Shown here: positions 1 through 11,053 of the stretch, piece after piece | Position numbering within the stretch: the first letter of the stretch is position 1 | Layout of the letters: each line of letters begins with the position of its first letter | The notes under the pieces: generated by a model | Told to the model about the DNA's origin: nothing | Seen by the model: only the letters and a program-made list of their open reading frames with translations | Databases searched by the model: none | Program-made: the position numbers and the translations under genes | Assembly: GCA_020184695.1 (NCBI GenBank) | Contig: JAANOX010000015.1 | Span: forward strand, 1 to 45,098 | Direction of reading: 5' to 3' | DNA length: 45,098 nt | Source of the DNA: Histomonas meleagridis 2922-C6/04-290x | Lineage: Eukaryota > Protista > Parabasalia

Positions 1-11
1 TGTGTGTGTGT
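1..11 (-). repeat. Tip of a Maverick/Polinton terminal inverted repeat cut by the window edge
   Basis: TGTGTGTGTGT equals the last 11 nt of the termini at 10708-10718 and 42804-42814 (...GTTCTGTGTGTGTGT). Only 11 nt are visible. Confidence 0.5.
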
Positions 12-330
12 ATTCTGAATATAACAAATTATAGTATATGCAGTACTTATTAGCATATTGAAATATTTTTGAAAAATATTTTATTTTTATCGAGATATAA
101 GCATTAGAAAAAAATTGTTTTATTTTTCAAAATAAATATAATAAATCGAAAGTACATAATGAAAAACATATAGCAGTATATTTTGTTTTTTTGAATATTA
201 TGTTTATAAACTTGTTTTTAAGTGTTTTGTTTCGCATATTTTTTAAGAGTATTCAAATTCAATGATACCCATGGGTATTCATTGATTTCTGAGTGTTGTT
301 TTTTCCCTCTGAAAATATGGTGCTCAAATT

Positions 331-860
331 GGGAGTGTGCCAACTGTTCCTCTTTTGTTCCCCTTTTTTGGCGGTTATTCCCACAATTTCACACTTTTTG
401 ATTGTGATGTACTGACAACCGCCCAAAAAACAATTTTTTTAAAATTCCAAAAAATCCAAAAATTAAAAGTTAAAAATTTATAATTTTTATACCAAACTAT
501 AATAAATTATGCAAGAAAAGACGTAAATGCACTATTAATTTCATATAATTATTAATTTTGATGTAATTATTGAGCATTAAAAATTTTATTTCTATTTTTA
601 AAATTTATATATATGATTAAATTCCCCATCTATTAAAACATATAAACTTTAAATTTTATTAAAAAAAAATTGATTCTATGTTGATAAATATACTGACTTA
701 TTTTTGATTTTTTTCATGTTTCGACTTTTTGTATGATGTAAAATATTTCAAAAGTGGCATCATTGTAATTTCAATTAGAAAACGTTTACATGGAAATAGT
801 TGACCAAGTATGCATTCAAATACAAATATTTGTCAAAATATGTAGATTGTATTATTTATA
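331..860 (+). mobile_element. Truncated left end of the long-TIR non-autonomous (Merlin-type) element family
   Basis: About 530 bp starting GGGAGTGTGCCAACTGTTCC, nearly identical to 12174-12702. Its first ~245 bp are the inverse of 15864-16109. No matching right end with the CTCAAATT target duplication was found. Confidence 0.85.
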
Positions 861-1185
861 ATGAAAGTGACATGAACATGGATTCATATTATCTTTACAA
901 CAAAACGTTTTTTTATATTATTAATTTTATCTAAAAGACATTATTTAATGAAGTTGATTATTCATTACTTCAAAACTAATATACATACATTATTCATTTC
1001 CATAAGAATGACATTATTAAATATTTAAATGAAAAAAATGATGATTTAATACATTTAGGGAATATGTGTTTACGTTATTTTAATTATGAAATCTTTTCTT
1101 TTCTAATCGATGATGGAATGAAATTTGAAGCCTATTTTATGAATGAATTAAATTAAACTGAAAATGGTTTAATTCTAATTCCATA

Positions 1186-1710
1186 TATCGAACAGAATAA
1201 AGTTAATGCGAATATGTTTACTTGAATAATCTGATATTTATTTGTAATGTTTGGAATTTATCCTGTTTAAAATTAAAAATCATTTTGGACTTATTTGAGC
1301 CTGTTGGTATGTTCAAACAGAAACAATTATATTTCTTCTTGAACAAAGAGGTATTGATGTGAATGCAAAAGGTATTTATTTGTTATATTTAAAATTTGTT
1401 TTAATAGTTTGATATTTTTTTGTAATGTTTGAAAATTATTAAATATATTTAATACAGCACTTATGAAAGTTGTCGAAAATGGGAATGTTGATGTATTTGA
1501 ATTATATCTTGAACAAGATAAAATTGATGTGAATATTAAAAATATTAATTTGTTATATTTAAAATTTGTTTGAATAATTTTATATTTATAAAGAATATTT
1601 AAAAATTATTTGTTTCATTTGCGACTGCTCTTATGATAGCATGTGGATATGGTAATATTGAAATAGTTAAATTGCTTCTTAATTCAAAAAATGATGATAA
1701 TGTTAAATGT
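1186..1710 (+). pseudogene. Ankyrin-repeat array interrupted by AT-rich spacers
   Basis: Translated segments ETIIFLLEQRGIDVNAK (to 1370), TALMKVVENGNVDVFELYLEQDKIDVNIK (1454-1540) and TALMIACGYGNIEIVKLLLNSK (from 1624) fit the ankyrin consensus. They are separated by stop-containing spacers. Confidence 0.75.
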
Positions 1711-2346
1711 ATTTATATTTATATGTTAAATGTATTTATATTTGACAACGATTTATTGGATTTTATGTAATATATATGAAAAGAATATTAAAATATAATT
1801 CGATTATATAATATATAAATAGTAATTTTAAAGATATAAACGATGAATTACAAAGGGTGTTTACTAAGCATAATATATTAACATGTTAATAAAGATAATA
1901 AAGATAAAATATTAATATATAGATAATTAGAATTAGCATATTATAATCGGAAAACATATCATCATAGAATGTTATTAATATTATAAGAGGATTATCATTA
2001 TTCAAAAAAACAATATAATGGAGTTAATGTAATTAAAATTAACATGGATAATAATAAATCAGAAAAAATATGTATAAACATAAAGAATTTTGAATAAATA
2101 TAAATTAGCAAAAGAATTCATAGATATATATGAGTAGGCATATAGATTAGTCAAAGACCTAGACAACATCATTTGGCGACCGTTGAGAAAATTAATTTAA
2201 TTGAAAATATCTCACTACATCCTTAAATTTTTAAATAATTGAATAAAATATATATTATGAATATATAATTAAAATGATATATCAAAATAAATATTATAAT
2301 AGCATTGAGTGTATAATTTAAAAATTAAGTTTACAAAAAAATTTAA

Positions 2347-3451
2347 TTATTTTTTATTGATTTTTTCAAATTTTGTTACCCTTAATGATATTATTCTTGG
2401 TGATATAGGTGAATCAATCAAGCAATATTCTTCGATCCTTTGCTTGAGTGAATTTTCATTAATTACCACTGTATGTGAATCATTTGAGGTTTCAATTTCT
2501 AAGCCAGCAAGATAAAAAGCATTTCGATTGTTCTCTGCAGTTGTTGCACGTTCAATAGTCGAGAGAACACGAGAAATTCGTTCAAGTTGTATACCATTTT
2601 CATATTTTGAAGTTGTAGAACAAATTTCATTTTTAAAAACACCGAATGTTACTAAATCGCGTGGTTGGAATAAATGTGAAGAATGTGTAGGAATAGTAAC
2701 CAATCGTACGTTGTTTTAAGTCAATTTCCCTATCATTGCATTATCACAATGCATGCACATTTGTCACAAATAAGAAAAGCTGGTTTGTCTTTAAATTTAT
2801 CATCATTTCGCAAATTTTGAATGTAAACAAAAAAAAACATCATCAATATATTCTGAAATGATTTCCATCGAGGCATAAGCAGATTCTTGATAACGTATTA
2901 TAATATCCTCTCCAATGCGGATTTTTGATTGCAAAACTTCATTATCAAGAGTCTTTCTTGAGGTTATCATTAATGGTGTTTGTACATCACCAGCCATTAA
3001 CATAGTAGTAATTAATGAGATCTTTTTTTCTGTTCTATCCACACAATATTCACTTCATGGCATTTTTCAATAACGAAGGGACAACCATCTTTTTTATTTT
3101 TTTATTGTGACATTCCACTCTTAAGTATATATATTATAATAATTCTTCTTCATATTTAATAGGTAAAAGGGTTGGTCTTTCATTTAAAGTTTTCACTTTT
3201 TTATTAAGTGCACGACTAAAATTTCCCCTATCGCTATCAAAAATTGAGACTATTTTGCTTTCAGTTGTTGTAATAACATTAGAATCTTCGATTATTATAT
3301 AAATTGTGATTGCTTGCTTCATTCTGAATTTCGCATTTATCTGCATCCGATAATTTCGTAAAATGTATCTGACATCAGAATTAAAAAATTTTGTCGATAA
3401 AACATGTTCTAACTGATTTTCAGTGAATGGGAGCTTTTCTTTGGGGCTCAT
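2347..3451 (-). pseudogene. pogo/CENP-B-like DDE_1 transposase relic
   Basis: Fragments ISLITTMLMAGDVQTPLMITSRKTLD and LVTIPTHSSHLFQPRDLVTFGVFK match the DDE_1 PxHSSHxxQPLD motif. Several stops and frameshifts; the first-Asp region appears deleted. Confidence 0.8.
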
Positions 3452-3742
3452 TTGGCAAAAAAAATTAAAAAATTGCTATTCAAAGGTATTTTGGTGTAAA
3501 TAAAAGTGCTGTTAATGTTTTAGTATGTTGTCTAGGTTTTTTACTAATTCATATACAACTACAAATAAATTTGGATCAACACAAGAAAACATGAATATTT
3601 ATCATGCATATTATTAATTCATGTGATTTCTAAGCTAACAAAATTTCGTTGTCATTTTCATCAGCTAAACAATTTTGTTTGATTAAACTCGATTGCAGGC
3701 AGGCTGTGCCTAAAAACAGTTTTGTTATTTCTAAGGCATATA

Positions 3743-4022
3743 TTAAATCGATGGCATATAATTAACATTGGAACTATAAACATAAGATACATAATCAGGC
3801 ATATACATTAAATACAAAGAACCTTGGAATGCAAAATAACCATTGTCTGGAAATGTAGTAAATGTTATGTTATATCCATATTTATCATAATTTGTAAAAG
3901 ATTTATCTTTAACAACAAGGAACCCAGACATTACCTCAAAGTTATGGAAATCATTTATATAGTTAATGGGCATTTTATCATTAAAATCAATTGCAATAGA
4001 AACTTCGCAATTTAATATATAA
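3743..4022 (-). pseudogene. 3' fragment of an unknown host gene truncated by the mariner insertion
   Basis: Open frame of ~92 codons (YILNCEVSIAIDFNDK...YMPSI). The track's ATG (MSEILLLGWNTL) comes from the mariner TIR at 4025-4060. Confidence 0.4.
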
Positions 4023-4024
4023 TA

Positions 4025-5194
4025 TAGGGTGTTCCACCCCAACAGTAGTATCTCACTCATTTTTTAAGTTTTTTTTAAATTTATCAATAAAAATGAAATG
4101 TTCATTAAATATACTTCCCATTTGTTTCAATAACTTTTTTATATCTTTTTTACCATTCGTCAAAAACGCTTTGCAAAATTTCTTTCGGAATATTTAATAA
4201 TATTGAAGTCACTTTTTCTTCAACCTCTTCTCTACTCTCATATTGAAATCCTTCCATTTTTCCTTTTACATACCCAAATAGGAAAAAGTCTGAAGGAGCT
4301 ATATCTGGGGAGTAGGGGGGATGAGGTGCCCTTTTGAGCTTGTTGGAGTCCATATATAATATTGTATATCTCGACGTATGCGGTTTTGCATTGTCGGCAT
4401 GTACAGTAATTTTTCTTGTGTCATTTTTAGGATTTGTACCATTCTTTTTGGAAAGTTATGATAAAATATATTTTACATAATATTGTGAATTAAATGTTTC
4501 TCCCTTTGAAAGAAAGTCAATAACTTTAAATCCGTGGGGATTCCAAAAAACCGTCAACATTACTTGTTTTTGCGTAATAGTCCTTTTGCTTATTGTACCT
4601 CGTGGTGTTCCTCGTGGTATCCATTGTCGAACATAATAATAATCATAATAAAACTAGGACTCGTCACCTGTTATAAAATATTTATAACTGTTATGTCTTG
4701 CAATCTTTTCTAATGTCTTTAAAAGTTGAATTGATTTAGTGACTCATTGTTTTTTAATATCTTCCGTCAGTAAATGTGGAACCCACTTTAAAAGTTTATT
4801 TTCATAGCCAAGCTTTTCAGTAAGATGCCTATATACAGTAGTGTTTGGAATCTCTGTTAACTTAGCTATTTGTCTTATTGAAGCATATGGAAATTTATCT
4901 AAAATTTCCAAAATTTTTAAATCAACATTATCGTCAATAGGGGTAATCGGTTCACTAATGTTAGGTGACATTGTTTGATTAAAACTTCTTTGTCTGAGGT
5001 ATTTACATACTGTTGAATATGAAATACATTCTTCGCCCAATATGATCTCCATTTCGGTATGGATCGCTTTTGCTGACATTCCCTTCATCGCGAGATATAT
5101 TGTGATTGATTTTTTATCAAGCTCCATAATGGAGGGGTAAAAATTTTAAAAGTCATTTTTTTGCTTGATCGTCTTTAATGAGTGATATATACTA
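4025..5194 (-). mobile_element. Mariner (Tc1/mariner) element 1, degenerate
   Basis: TA followed by TIR TAGGGTGTTCCACCCCAACAGTAGTATCTCACTCATT at 4025. Only a partial inner match of the opposite TIR (AATGAGTGA at 5177). Confidence 0.8.
4105..5127 (-). pseudogene. Mariner DD34D transposase pseudogene
   Basis: WVPHLL, TGDES, HADNAKPH and HPPYSPDIAPSDFFLFG motifs; several in-frame stops and frameshifts. Confidence 0.92.
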
Positions 5195-5849
5195 GATGAG
5201 TGAAAATTAAAAATTTAATTTGTTTAATAACTTGAATTAGTTTCTTTTTGATTAATACATTCTTTGAATTCAACCAAAAAGATTGAACAGAGTGTTTCAT
5301 GCCTCTTTGTTCGCGAACAATAACCAAAAAGTGCCAACATTTTAAACTAGTTTTAAAACTCACAATTTTTGAAAGCAGTGCAACATTCAAATCCAAAAAA
5401 TGTTGTTATCAAACATGGCAAACTTTAACAAAAAACATCAAACCCGTTGAGCATGAACTCATATTAGCGCGTCCCAATATAAAACATCCAAAATCCTTTC
5501 CCCATCATTTCGAGTTCTGAATTGATAGTGTTAACATTCAACCATTTATTAATATTTCGTCTAAATCACGAAAAAGTAATATTCTCGTCCTATCTCTCAA
5601 AAATACTTCGATCCATGTCAAGGTTATGTCATACAATTAAAACTTCCTTTATTCAATTTTTTATTTTGAATATAATATAAATGTCCAATCTGAACTAAAA
5701 GTTTTGTGGCCTAAATTAATTGAATGTTTCATGATTTAATAAGCATTATTATATCAAAACAATATGACACCAACCAAAATTTATGTTTCCTTTTGGTTTA
5801 CTAATAAATTATTTTATTTATTGTCCTAATTTATTTATTAAGACTCAAC

Positions 5850-6500
5850 CATCATTATTAACAAGAAAAGAGAAGATATTAAACAAAAGAAGAAATCAAT
5901 TATATTCATATGATTGAATGCATCAAAAGGTATTCTTTTTTGGCTATGAACGTAACAAACCATATCCAAAAATAGAAAAACAAGGGATTTATGGAACCGA
6001 AGAAATACAAAAAATAATATGAAAATCGACGAATTGGGATCCCAAAGATTGCAGTCAACGAGGCTTTATTATATTACCAAGTTTAAGGAGAAATGGAATT
6101 GGTTCAATGATTCATGTAATCGGTCAATATAGTGGGATATTACTTAATCGAACTGTTGTTTATTATCCCACTGATCAAAACAGATATTCCAATTTCTCAC
6201 AATGTAAGGGCTTCCATGGACTTGATTGTTTTTCAACCATTATCATCATGTCAACACCGGAAACATATTTCTTATGGCGAATTCAAGCTGAGTATTATCT
6301 TACTCATAATAACGATAACCTTAAGAAATGGTTCAAAGAATTTAAAGAAAAATATATTGTTAATCCAAAAGATCATTATGATGTATCAGTGTTTATAAGA
6401 CGCGCACGAAATACAAAGAAATGAATTTAGTCCCAGCAGATAAATATCGATATTCATTAGAAATAATTAAGAAACTTAATATTGCTAAAAAAAATGACTT
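5850..6500 (+). pseudogene. Fucosyltransferase-like (FUT8/NodZ-like, GT-B) gene relic
   Basis: NGIGSMIHVIGQYSGILLNRT resembles the GxGS...A...NR motif. SVFIRR, continuing after a frameshift into KYKEMNLVPADKY, resembles the HxRxGDKxxE GDP-fucose-binding motif. Confidence 0.45.
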
Positions 6501-6550
6501 TTTATCGACCGTTTATTGGTATTTTTTGTCTTTACTAAAAGTGACAGTCA

Positions 6551-7669
6551 ATGAGCCACATAAAAACATTTTCACGCCTCCCAATTTGCAAGTGTAATTT
6601 GAACAATGTTGTTGCGTTAGTTTTTGGTTTGCTATTGCTATGCATATACATTCCAAATGGAGATATTCTACAAATCGAAAGGAAAATATACATTGGAACT
6701 TCATTAAAAAAACTACCTAAATACAAACAATGGAACTCTGGGAAATGTTACATTGGCACTCGAGAATATACCTTAGCTAATCAATCGTTCCCGACTTCAT
6801 GCGTTTTTTCTACCATGTTATTTAAATACTATAGTTTCTTACCTGCTGTTCAAAGCTTAAGATATTTTAATAATTATTCTACATATGTCATTCAAATAGA
6901 TAAAAATCTTCTTGAAATCATCCCACAAGATCTTATATACAATCTTTCACTTTGTAACATTTATTTTGATGATATTGGTGTTCTTAACTCATCGATTCCA
7001 TTTTCAAAACTTTGTGAAATTCGATATATTTATTTTTATTCTTTATTAAAGGAATGTAATTTTCTTAAACAAATTATATATATTGATATTTTTGATAGTG
7101 TATATCAATCAGATCCATTTGATGAACCATTTGATGGTATATATGTATCAACACATCCATTTAATTTTAACGTAAACTCATGGAATTATAATCGATTAAA
7201 AGTTTTAACTAAAAATGCGTCTCAAGTTGGAAGAAAGCCAATTATAAATGGAGGAATTATTTGGGGTGATTACAATTCTATGATAGAATTTTTAGTGCAT
7301 TATGTTGCTGAAACAAAAGTCGAAAAAGTAGATAACATTGGTGTATTTGATCAAACATATATTAATTATTTGTTTTATTTTAAAAAAAATTTATTTAGAA
7401 AAATTACAATAGAATATACATATCGAACAAAATTTGTAAGTTTATGGAGTATGCCATTGTTGGATTTAAAGTATCCACATTTATGTTATAACATTTCATA
7501 TTTCCCTAAAATAGTCCATCAATATTATTTACATACAAAATATTGTTTAACCATAGCAGACTTGTTTTATAAAGATATAGCTTCTGTTTTGAAGTTACCA
7601 ATGGATTCTTATATCATATGCAGTAAACGTGCTAAAAGAAAAGGACCAAGTACAAATTTTACAAATTAA
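6551..7669 (+). CDS. Type II membrane protein, putative GT-A-like glycosyltransferase (372 aa)
   Basis: Intact ORF with an N-terminal TM segment (VVALVFGLLLLCIYI) and IDIFDSVYQSDPF, IINGGIIWG and DQTYINY motifs. Confidence 0.65.
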   Translation: MSHIKTFSRLPICKCNLNNVVALVFGLLLLCIYIPNGDILQIERKIYIGTSLKKLPKYKQWNSGKCYIGTREYTLANQSFPTSCVFSTMLFKYYSFLPAVQSLRYFNNYSTYVIQIDKNLLEIIPQDLIYNLSLCNIYFDDIGVLNSSIPFSKLCEIRYIYFYSLLKECNFLKQIIYIDIFDSVYQSDPFDEPFDGIYVSTHPFNFNVNSWNYNRLKVLTKNASQVGRKPIINGGIIWGDYNSMIEFLVHYVAETKVEKVDNIGVFDQTYINYLFYFKKNLFRKITIEYTYRTKFVSLWSMPLLDLKYPHLCYNISYFPKIVHQYYLHTKYCLTIADLFYKDIASVLKLPMDSYIICSKRAKRKGPSTNFTN

Positions 7670-7915
7670 AGTTGAAGTTCAAACAGTGACTTAAATTCTA
7701 ATAGAATTATTTAAAAAAATCCTTTATTATATAATTTTTTTTTGAACTATTAGAAATTTTTTAGAATGAGTAAAAAAATTTTTTTAATATAAAGCCGTCT
7801 GATCTTTGTTTGGCTTGCGAGAGTGCAATCATCTTTCACACCCATTTTTCTCAACTAATAATCAATATTAGAATTAAATATATCGAATAATTGATTCTTT
7901 AGCAAGTATAAACTA

Positions 7916-8182
7916 TTAATTTAAATTATCTGCAGTAATTATTTTTAATTTCTCTTCGAAAGCCTTTGCTAACATATCATTACAAAACGTTAAATTAGTA
8001 GAATTTAAAAAATGAAGGTTAGAATCATATAACTTGATACCAACTAATACATTATTTGTTTTAATTAAAGTATTTGTTTTCTTATCAAAGCTTTCTTTAA
8101 CACTATGATTAAATTTAAATTCGATAGCATTATAATTAAGATCTTTGAATTCTGAAGAAATTAGTTTCTTAAAGTCTTCCAT
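7916..8182 (-). CDS. Small hypothetical protein inside Maverick fragment A
   Basis: 88-aa ATG-started ORF adjacent to the ATPase relic; no recognised motif. Confidence 0.4.
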   Translation of the reverse strand: MEDFKKLISSEFKDLNYNAIEFKFNHSVKESFDKKTNTLIKTNNVLVGIKLYDSNLHFLNSTNLTFCNDMLAKAFEEKLKIITADNLN

Positions 8183-8212
8183 TTTATCAGAAGTAAAAAA
8201 AGTTTTATTTTT

Positions 8213-8640
8213 CCGTTAAATAATGCATTAATAAAACCAACTCATGAAAAATATTTTTTTGCTCAAAATGGTATTTGTGCTCTAATTGCTTCTATGGGAT
8301 CTGGTAAATTATATACTTATTTAAAATTAATTGCTCAACAAGAAGTATTATTTAATGAACCTTTTTATGAATTAATTGTTATATGTTCTACTAGTAATAA
8401 GTTTGATGAAACAGTTAATTCTTTTAAAGTATTGATTAAGAAGAGTAAACTTATAGCAATATCTGATAACGATTTATTAGATTTCCTAAATAAATATTAT
8501 AAGTATAGTATTGAAATATAATTCTATTATTCAATATATTAATAGCAATTTTAAAGAAGTTAATGAAGAATTAAATAGATTTTTTACCAAACATCGTATT
8601 ATTATTCCTATAGGAAGAACTAATAAAGAAAATATATTAA
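8213..8640 (+). pseudogene. Maverick packaging ATPase (A32/FtsK-like) relic
   Basis: PLNNALIKPTHEKYFFAQNGICALIASMGSGK is a Walker-A segment (followed by L, not S/T). Frameshift near 8515; no Walker B seen. Confidence 0.7.
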
Positions 8641-8769
8641 AATTAATTTGTTTTAATGTAGATAAATTATGGCAAGAGTATTCTGAAATCAAAGATCAAC
8701 ATAGTAGATTCAATATTTATATAAAAGCAAGAAAAATAACTATTACGTTAAGTAATATGATTTGATAAG

Positions 8770-10159
8770 TCTTTGGGTCATCAAATATTTGATAATAGTT
8801 AATATCTTCTATACATTCATTTATTATTTTTTCGTGATAAGATCTATATTTTTCATAAATTTCTGGTCTTAAATTATATACTCTAAAAACGACTCCATCA
8901 ATTTATTTACTAACTGCTTCTCCTGTATATTTTTTTATACTAGCAATAAATGTTCTAGATGAACAACTATTAAAACCATTTTCTACAACAAATTTTTTAT
9001 ATAATGTATATAATCTAGGTCCTGTTATATCTTTAATACGATCATAATATTCTTTTATGAATAATTCATATGATGATAGTGATGCTTCTTTAATATTCTC
9101 TTTTGCTTCAGTATTTGGTATTATACTAAAGTTAACTTCTTTAGTATTCATTTTCATAAAGTAAGTAAATAAGTTTTCATAAAATTCTATTGTAAAAGTA
9201 TTATATAGATCAGAGAAATATTCGAAATCTTTTTTATATTTGTCAGAAGCACTTAATACTAAATATCTTCTATCTCCTGAATCGATTTTAATAGGAATAT
9301 CATTATTAGATACCATTATAAAATTAGCTACATTCTCAACGATTCTCATAGGTTCATTCTTCTTGATTAATATTTATAATATCATCTGTAATAATTGATT
9401 TTTGAAGATCTGAATTAAGATACTCATTAACATCGATGTTTTTGAGATTCATTTAATACTAATAATTTCTTATTTTTCTAATGCTGCATTAAATTTACCT
9501 ACAATACTCTCGATATTAGTAATATTTTTTTATTTATATATCTTGCCATTAGTTTACAAATAACATCAGTGAAGAAAGTGTTTTTACCAACTCCTTGATT
9601 TCCTAATATTACTATTGCTACTCCTGTTTTTAAATTAGGTTGTTAAATGATTGATGCTATCCAAACTAATATATATTTATAAATCATTTTATTGTTATCA
9701 CAAATGACTTCTTCTAAATGTTTTAAGATAGGTTTTATTATATTTAACTTTTGGTAATATTCGATAATCATAACCTCTATAATAACTAAATATTTCAATA
9801 TCTTCACTATAAAAAGCTAATCCTTTGACAGTAAATTATTCTGTGTTTTCTAAATAAATATCTCATAATGACACACTTTTTATTATTCTTTTATTACCTT
9901 CATTTATAATTCTTTCACCAACAACTATTTTTATTAACTTTTCTTTAGCATATCTTTCATTAGTATAACTTATTTTTATACAACGATTTATAGTATCATA
10001 ATCTTTGAATAAGAATACTTCTGGTGTTGAATCACATACAAGTAATACTTTTTTAAGATCTTGTATAACATCTGCTTTATTCAGATCATATGTACATTTC
10101 TTTCTAATATCATTATAATAAAAGTTAGATTTAATATCTATACTCGTTTGTTGCATCAT
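8770..10159 (-). pseudogene. D5-like superfamily-3 helicase/primase of Maverick
   Basis: LGNQGVGKNTFFTDVIC (Walker A), KKLLVLNE (Walker B), ANFIMVSNN and DRRY motifs; in-frame stop and frameshifts. Confidence 0.85.
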
Positions 10160-10249
10160 TTAGTAAAAATACAAAAAATAATTTTCAAAAAGTTATTACA
10201 AAAAACGTTATAAAGTTCTATATAAAGTTCCATCAAGAGAACCTTTTAT

Positions 10250-10718
10250 TGATTACTCCTTTATAATGACTTCTTTATTATGACTACTTTTTATAATGAT
10301 TGCTTTATTATGTCTACTTCTTCATTATGATTACTTATATATCATATTTACTTCTTTATCATATTTATCCTTTATTATGATGTTTCGTTGTAATACAAGT
10401 AATACATTATGAACTCCATTATAAATTCATTTTCTATAGCAGTTTATTTTTACATAACATTACATTACACATTACATGTGTTAATAGATATTATTTAACA
10501 ATAAACAGTTTATTAACGGCCTCTACGGAGCCTATTAAACGATATTTTTAATAAAATTAATATTTGTTAACATTACACTCTTTTGTATAGATATACCATT
10601 TGTAAAGTATTAATTCTCTATTAAATGTATCCTATTTAACGGATATCTTATAACGATAACATCGAAGGTCCCTGAGGGGAAGCCGTAAGGGGGGCCTGTA
10701 GATGTTCTGTGTGTGTGT
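10250..10718 (-). repeat. Maverick terminal inverted repeat with ~15-16-bp subrepeats
   Basis: Near-identical to 42320-42814 and inverse of 21414-21820; ends GGGGGGCCTGTAGATGTTCTGTGTGTGTGT. Confidence 0.9.
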
Positions 10719-11053
10719 ATGGGTCAAGATGATGTTCAACCGAAAATTGATTTCAATCTTGAAATTCCAATGATATATCAGCAAATTCTTGATTGTAAAA
10801 AATTATCTAAAAATGAAAAGCATTATATAAGAGATATAGAAAATTTGATTAAAATGTTTAAAAATTATAAGGGAAAGTTTATACAAATTCCTTCGAAAGA
10901 TGATAACAAAACTGAAATAGATCATGAAATTAAAGAAGAAGTTGGTGAAAGTGAATCCGAATCATATTCCTCAGATGAAGATCAAATAAATATATTTTTT
11001 TTTCGACAAATAAAAGAATTCAATAATATTCATTTAAATTATTTTAAGTCTGC
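10719..11053 (+). other. Open frame fragment of unknown origin between the Maverick terminus and the Merlin TIR
   Basis: About 110 stop-free codons with an acidic tract (ESESESYSSDED). The last residues of the track ORF are read from the Merlin TIR. Confidence 0.3.

Larger units (their letters stand above)
7916..10718. mobile_element. Maverick/Polinton fragment A (helicase end)
   Basis: Contains ATPase and D5-like helicase relics and ends in a ~450-bp TIR with a (GT)n terminus shared with 21414 and 42814. Left boundary uncertain. Confidence 0.8.

Noticed and set aside
5200-5620. Decayed minus-strand reading frame next to mariner 1
   Set aside because: It looks coding-like but has many stops and no recognisable family motif.
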